Below, piece by piece: positions 36,791 through 40,882 of a DNA stretch of 40,882 nt; position 1 is the stretch's first letter; the number at the start of each line of letters is the position of its first letter. Position numbers and translations under genes: made by a program. Source of the DNA: Candidatus Thorarchaeota archaeon SMTZ1-45 (GTDB lineage: Archaea > Asgardarchaeota > Thorarchaeia > Thorarchaeales > Thorarchaeaceae); the NCBI GenBank assembly GCA_001563335.1, contig LRSL01000082.1, positions 1-40,882 of the forward strand, in the 5' to 3' direction. The notes beneath the pieces are model-generated. The model ran no database searches and was not told the DNA's origin. It worked only from the letters and a program-made list of their open reading frames with translations.

Positions 36791-39661
36791 GTGTTCCTTT
36801 TCGCTCGTCTATCAGCAAGAGCTCCTGAAGTGTTGACAACGTTGCTAATATTTTCACTTTCAAGTGGAGTACTTGGTGGTATTCTTTTCTATATGGATTC
36901 CACAGCACCTACTGTTCTCAATGATATGACAGCAGATGTCCCAATAGATATGGAAGTATCCTTTGGCTATCCATTCTATTATCAGAATTTTTCAGATCCT
37001 GATGCGACAACAACTGACGATATTAGAAACATAGTAGAATCACAGGAATATGTGATTGCTACTGAACCACTCACATTCGTAAATATCTACGATTGGTATG
37101 TAGAGGATTATCGATACAATAGGATGGGATTCCTTGGAATCAATCAAACAGCCTTTGACACATTTCCTGAAGCTATAGAATTGGATGCTGGAACGCTCAA
37201 CTATGATAACGATTCCTGTCTTCTGGAAAAGAGTCTGTTTTTATCAGAGGGTCTAGAACTAGGTGGGAACTATACAGTATCAATAACTGTTGAAGAGTGG
37301 TCTGATGGCAACTGGTCAGAGATAGAGGTAGAGAAATCGTTTATAATAGTGGGTACATTCATTTCGAACATATATATGTTTCAACCATATTGGGGTCAGC
37401 CTGAGGTAACATATCTCCAAGTAATCACTACTGCGGCAACACTTGAATCTGTTTTTAGTTTTTTGCCGCATGATGAGTATTATGGAATTCAAAATAGAAT
37501 CTGGGTCAAATTCGACAGAACTGGAATTGTTCAGAATGATGCCCAAACGATGATTGACATTCTTACGAATATTAAGAAGCAGATTGAACAAGAAACGCTA
37601 CCGTTTGGCATCATTAGTTACGATGCTTTTAGACTTCGGGATGCAGTCTATGAATTTGCTATATGGTCTTTGAGTGTTCGGGCAGTGGCTATTGCATTTT
37701 CAATACCATCAATAATCATGGGAATGATGCTTATCCAATACAATTCTAAGCTCCTATCCGACGAGCAACGTAGAGATGTTGGCACAATCAAGACTAGAGG
37801 ATCATCAGGATTGCAGGCATTCTTCTGGGTATTAAGTAGTGCAATCACTACTGGATTCATTGGCAGTATGGGAGCAGTTGCCACAGGATTACTTGCCGCA
37901 GTTCTCTCTGGTTCTGTCAGGGAGTTGCTTGTCTTTAGCTTTGAACAACTCTCTGGCTTCACCTTGCTTCTAGAACCTGTTGCAATCATCATTGTGTTTT
38001 CGTTCTCATTCATAGTGGGTCTCATCGTTGCATTGCCATCTGCTGTGAAGGCTCTACTGATGACGCCCACGGAGGCACACAGTGTTCTCGAGGGAGAGAT
38101 TCTCACAGAGTCGGAGAAGATGGGAAGTCCTGCAATCGATATGCTAATTGTCGGAATCTTTGGTTATCTAATGTTGCTATTGATGTTTATGTTTGCGTTT
38201 GGTGGATTAACAGCAATGGCATCTACATTTTTTGCTGCAACAATAATACCTGTCATGGCTATCTTTCTATATTCCTTTACACGATTGCTCTCTAGAAGTA
38301 CATCCTCAATTAAATCATGGATACTATCAAAGATTAGGAAACCTTCATTGGTTGTGGGTACACGTCTGATCTCAAGAACTACCAGACTGTTTAAGAAATC
38401 TGAAGCAATAGGAACGATGTTTGTTGCGATGGTCTTCACAGCAGCTCTTTTTGCATCTCTCTCTGCGACAACTGGAGATATGCATATGAAACATGTCTTT
38501 TACTTTGAAACTGGAGCTGACATCATGGTGGAGGTTAATCCAACACTAAGTAATGTAACGATGGACCTAGTTCAAAACATCACTGAGGTAGAAGGAGTTG
38601 CTCAAGTCAGTCCAGTGCTTCAGTTTTCGGGCTATGTTCAATATTGGAATGCATACGCGTATGGTGGAGGAGAAAACATAAACCGCTCAATTTCTGTTTT
38701 TGGAGTCCAACCAGACACATGGATTGAGGCTGCATTCTGGCTTGATTATTTCACGTTATATGATATACCACAAGTATCTATCGCAAAACTAGATGATTCG
38801 CTTGGAGATGTAATCAATGTCATTACAACGTTTAAGCCTGTCAGCTACTATACCATAGACTCAATCACACGTATACCTATACCTCAGTACTCACCATTCA
38901 TCGATCTGCAAGTTTTTAGTTCTGGTTGGTATAATGAGACAGGCTGTGAGATTGTTGATTTAATGATTAACGGTATCGATGTATATCCAAGTTATTCTTA
39001 CTTCCCTGGTGAATCGGACATCTCTAACTTTCTTATTATGGACATTAGTCTTCTGCATGCTTGGATCAATAGCACAAGAGTTACGAAATTCTACGTAGAT
39101 CTTGAACCGGGTGCAAACTACACTAAAGCAATGCTTGATATTTATCAAATTGCTCCATTCAGTTTCAATGACATTAGTGCAGCTGAGGAATCTATTGATG
39201 AAGTACTTGATTCACGTGCAACTCAATCCATCTTTGGAGCTTACACACTCAATGTCATATTCTCACTTATCTATCTCACATTTGGAATGATAATAGTAAC
39301 TACAGTCCGAGTCAGAAATCTGAGGAAACAGTTCTCAGTCTTGCGAGCTCTTGGAGCTGAAACAAAATCAATGATTGTAGCATCATTGGTTGATACATCA
39401 GTAGGGCTACTACTTGCTGCGCTTATTGGTGGAGCAATAGGTGCGACGCTCGCATTTCTTCTAAAAGACATACCATTGTTATACATGGGACTATCAACTT
39501 CACAGTTGTGGACAAGACTTCCAGTGTTCTTAATCGTACCATGGCCGTTGCTAATAGGAGTAGTAGGCACAGCAGTTATTGTAGCACTTCTGGCAACATA
39601 TGTGGTAGTGTCTCGAGCTCTTAAACTCAATATAGCAGAAGAAATTCAATACACGGGGTGA
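36791..39661 (+). CDS. ABC transporter permease (FtsX/MacB type, duplicated)
   Basis: EQRRDVGTIKTRG and RKQFSVLRALGA motifs; GGAGGTGA RBS before GTG. Confidence 0.88.
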   Translation: MFLFARLSARAPEVLTTLLIFSLSSGVLGGILFYMDSTAPTVLNDMTADVPIDMEVSFGYPFYYQNFSDPDATTTDDIRNIVESQEYVIATEPLTFVNIYDWYVEDYRYNRMGFLGINQTAFDTFPEAIELDAGTLNYDNDSCLLEKSLFLSEGLELGGNYTVSITVEEWSDGNWSEIEVEKSFIIVGTFISNIYMFQPYWGQPEVTYLQVITTAATLESVFSFLPHDEYYGIQNRIWVKFDRTGIVQNDAQTMIDILTNIKKQIEQETLPFGIISYDAFRLRDAVYEFAIWSLSVRAVAIAFSIPSIIMGMMLIQYNSKLLSDEQRRDVGTIKTRGSSGLQAFFWVLSSAITTGFIGSMGAVATGLLAAVLSGSVRELLVFSFEQLSGFTLLLEPVAIIIVFSFSFIVGLIVALPSAVKALLMTPTEAHSVLEGEILTESEKMGSPAIDMLIVGIFGYLMLLLMFMFAFGGLTAMASTFFAATIIPVMAIFLYSFTRLLSRSTSSIKSWILSKIRKPSLVVGTRLISRTTRLFKKSEAIGTMFVAMVFTAALFASLSATTGDMHMKHVFYFETGADIMVEVNPTLSNVTMDLVQNITEVEGVAQVSPVLQFSGYVQYWNAYAYGGGENINRSISVFGVQPDTWIEAAFWLDYFTLYDIPQVSIAKLDDSLGDVINVITTFKPVSYYTIDSITRIPIPQYSPFIDLQVFSSGWYNETGCEIVDLMINGIDVYPSYSYFPGESDISNFLIMDISLLHAWINSTRVTKFYVDLEPGANYTKAMLDIYQIAPFSFNDISAAEESIDEVLDSRATQSIFGAYTLNVIFSLIYLTFGMIIVTTVRVRNLRKQFSVLRALGAETKSMIVASLVDTSVGLLLAALIGGAIGATLAFLLKDIPLLYMGLSTSQLWTRLPVFLIVPWPLLIGVVGTAVIVALLATYVVVSRALKLNIAEEIQYTG

Positions 39662-40551
39662 TAAACATGGCAGAAAATCTAGATGAAATTGCGGAACAAT
39701 ACAAGGTGGTTGTCCGAGACTTGATGAAGGTCTATAAACGAGGACAAAAGGAAGTCATAGCATTAAGAGGTGTTGACTTCGAAGTTCGTGAGGGCGAGTT
39801 CCTCTCAATAGTAGGTCCTAGTGGTTCAGGAAAATCAACTTTGCTTAAAATGCTGGGTGCGTTGGATAAACCTACTGCGGGTATGATTCTCTTTGATGGG
39901 CATAGTGTTTCAATATTGGATGATAGAAGATCTATGCTCTATAGGAGGCAAAAAGTGGGTTTCATTTGGCAGATTGGAAATCTTGTACCTGGTTTAACTG
40001 CATTCAAAAATGTCACTCTTCCAATGAAGCTTGCAGGAGCTCCAACAAAACTCGCAAATGAAAGAGCAGAGATGCTACTTGACATAATGGGGCTTAGTCC
40101 AAGAGCACATCATAAACCCAATCAAATGTCTGGAGGAGAAAATCAAAGATGTGCTATCTGTGTAGCTCTCGCAAACAAACCAGAGCTTCTATTGGGTGAT
40201 GAAATCACTGGCGAGCTTGATACTGAAACTACAGACATGGTAATGGAGGCATTAAAGAAGACAAATGAGGAGTTTGGTACCACTGTCATCAATGTTACAC
40301 ACAATCCTCGAGTAGCCGAGTATGCTGATAGAGTCTTGAGAATCAGAGATGGTCTTATTGAAGGGCAAAAACACACTCTCTATGGGGACATCACTGAAAT
40401 TGATGCTAAAGGACGTATGGTTATTCCAGAAACAATCAGACGTCTTGCAGGTATTAAGAAACGTGTTGTATTAAAGGCAACATCGGAAGGTCTACTAATT
40501 AGTCCATTGAGTACTGGAGAAGAAAACAACAATAATCAACCGATTCAATAA
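39658..40551 (+). CDS. ABC transporter ATP-binding protein with C-terminal AbrB/MraZ-like domain
   Basis: GPSGSGKST, MSGGENQR, LLGDEITGELD, VTHN; C-terminal EIDAKGRMVIPETIRRLAGI. Confidence 0.9.
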   Translation: MINMAENLDEIAEQYKVVVRDLMKVYKRGQKEVIALRGVDFEVREGEFLSIVGPSGSGKSTLLKMLGALDKPTAGMILFDGHSVSILDDRRSMLYRRQKVGFIWQIGNLVPGLTAFKNVTLPMKLAGAPTKLANERAEMLLDIMGLSPRAHHKPNQMSGGENQRCAICVALANKPELLLGDEITGELDTETTDMVMEALKKTNEEFGTTVINVTHNPRVAEYADRVLRIRDGLIEGQKHTLYGDITEIDAKGRMVIPETIRRLAGIKKRVVLKATSEGLLISPLSTGEENNNNQPIQ

Positions 40552-40573
40552 TTCATGAATTGCTAGTTAGACA

Positions 40574-40864
40574 ATGCCTTTATTTGAATCGTTTCAAGAT
40601 TTGAGAATGGTCAGTATGAGCCTCACAGAAATGCCATGGTCATTCTATGCAACATTGGTGTCATTTGGAATTTTCTTTGCAAGTCTAAATATTTACATCC
40701 TAACACTTTGGTTAGCACATCCACTTGCGAGTCCATACTGGTTGGTTGGTGTTGTTGTGGGAGCAATAGGTCTTCTTTTTTCGATAAGGATGGTTAGGAT
40801 TCATCAAGCAGAACTGATAGAGAGGAAACGTCAAAAGAAACAAGACAAGGTCAGTGAAGACTAG
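40574..40864 (+). CDS. Small 2-TM membrane protein
   Basis: Two hydrophobic helices and a charged C-terminus. Confidence 0.6.
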   Translation: MPLFESFQDLRMVSMSLTEMPWSFYATLVSFGIFFASLNIYILTLWLAHPLASPYWLVGVVVGAIGLLFSIRMVRIHQAELIERKRQKKQDKVSED

Positions 40865-40882
40865 CTGCTAGTCTGCACCTCT

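Noticed and set aside
36776-36793. Permease 1 TAG stop immediately followed in frame by permease 2 GTG, suggesting pyrrolysine/amber readthrough into one giant protein
   Set aside because: A strong GGAGGTGA RBS sits 7 nt before the GTG and each gene is a complete duplicated FtsX permease; independent initiation is simpler
1-40882. rRNA, tRNA, CRISPR arrays, IS elements
   Set aside because: Intergenic gaps are short and AT-rich; no cloverleaf, repeat-spacer pattern or transposase was recognised by eye

Overview
Gene-dense archaeal chromosomal segment. Its content points to an Asgard archaeon, most likely Thorarchaeia-like (inference): longin/roadblock proteins, a Rab-like GTPase, Mtd, an FrhB-family protein, tungsten AOR, geranylgeranyl reductase, Ig-like-repeat surface proteins, GGAGG/GGTGA ribosome-binding sites and many TTG/GTG starts. 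I see no rRNA, tRNA, CRISPR array or transposase. The best candidate for an undescribed system is an operon at 16191-19203: two paralogous longin + tandem winged-helix proteins with an NPRL2/NPRL3 (GATOR1)-like layout, translationally coupled to a MinD/ParA ATPase. It is divergent from an MFS-helix-hairpin-helix fusion and near a uDENN-like/TackOD1 zinc-ribbon fusion. Other highlights are a stand-alone NurA-HerA pair with an enlarged NurA, a Rab-like probable pseudo-GTPase, and three small ORFs missing from the ORF track, including a 41-aa membrane peptide ending in CxxCH. All family calls come from motif recognition by eye; no searches were run.
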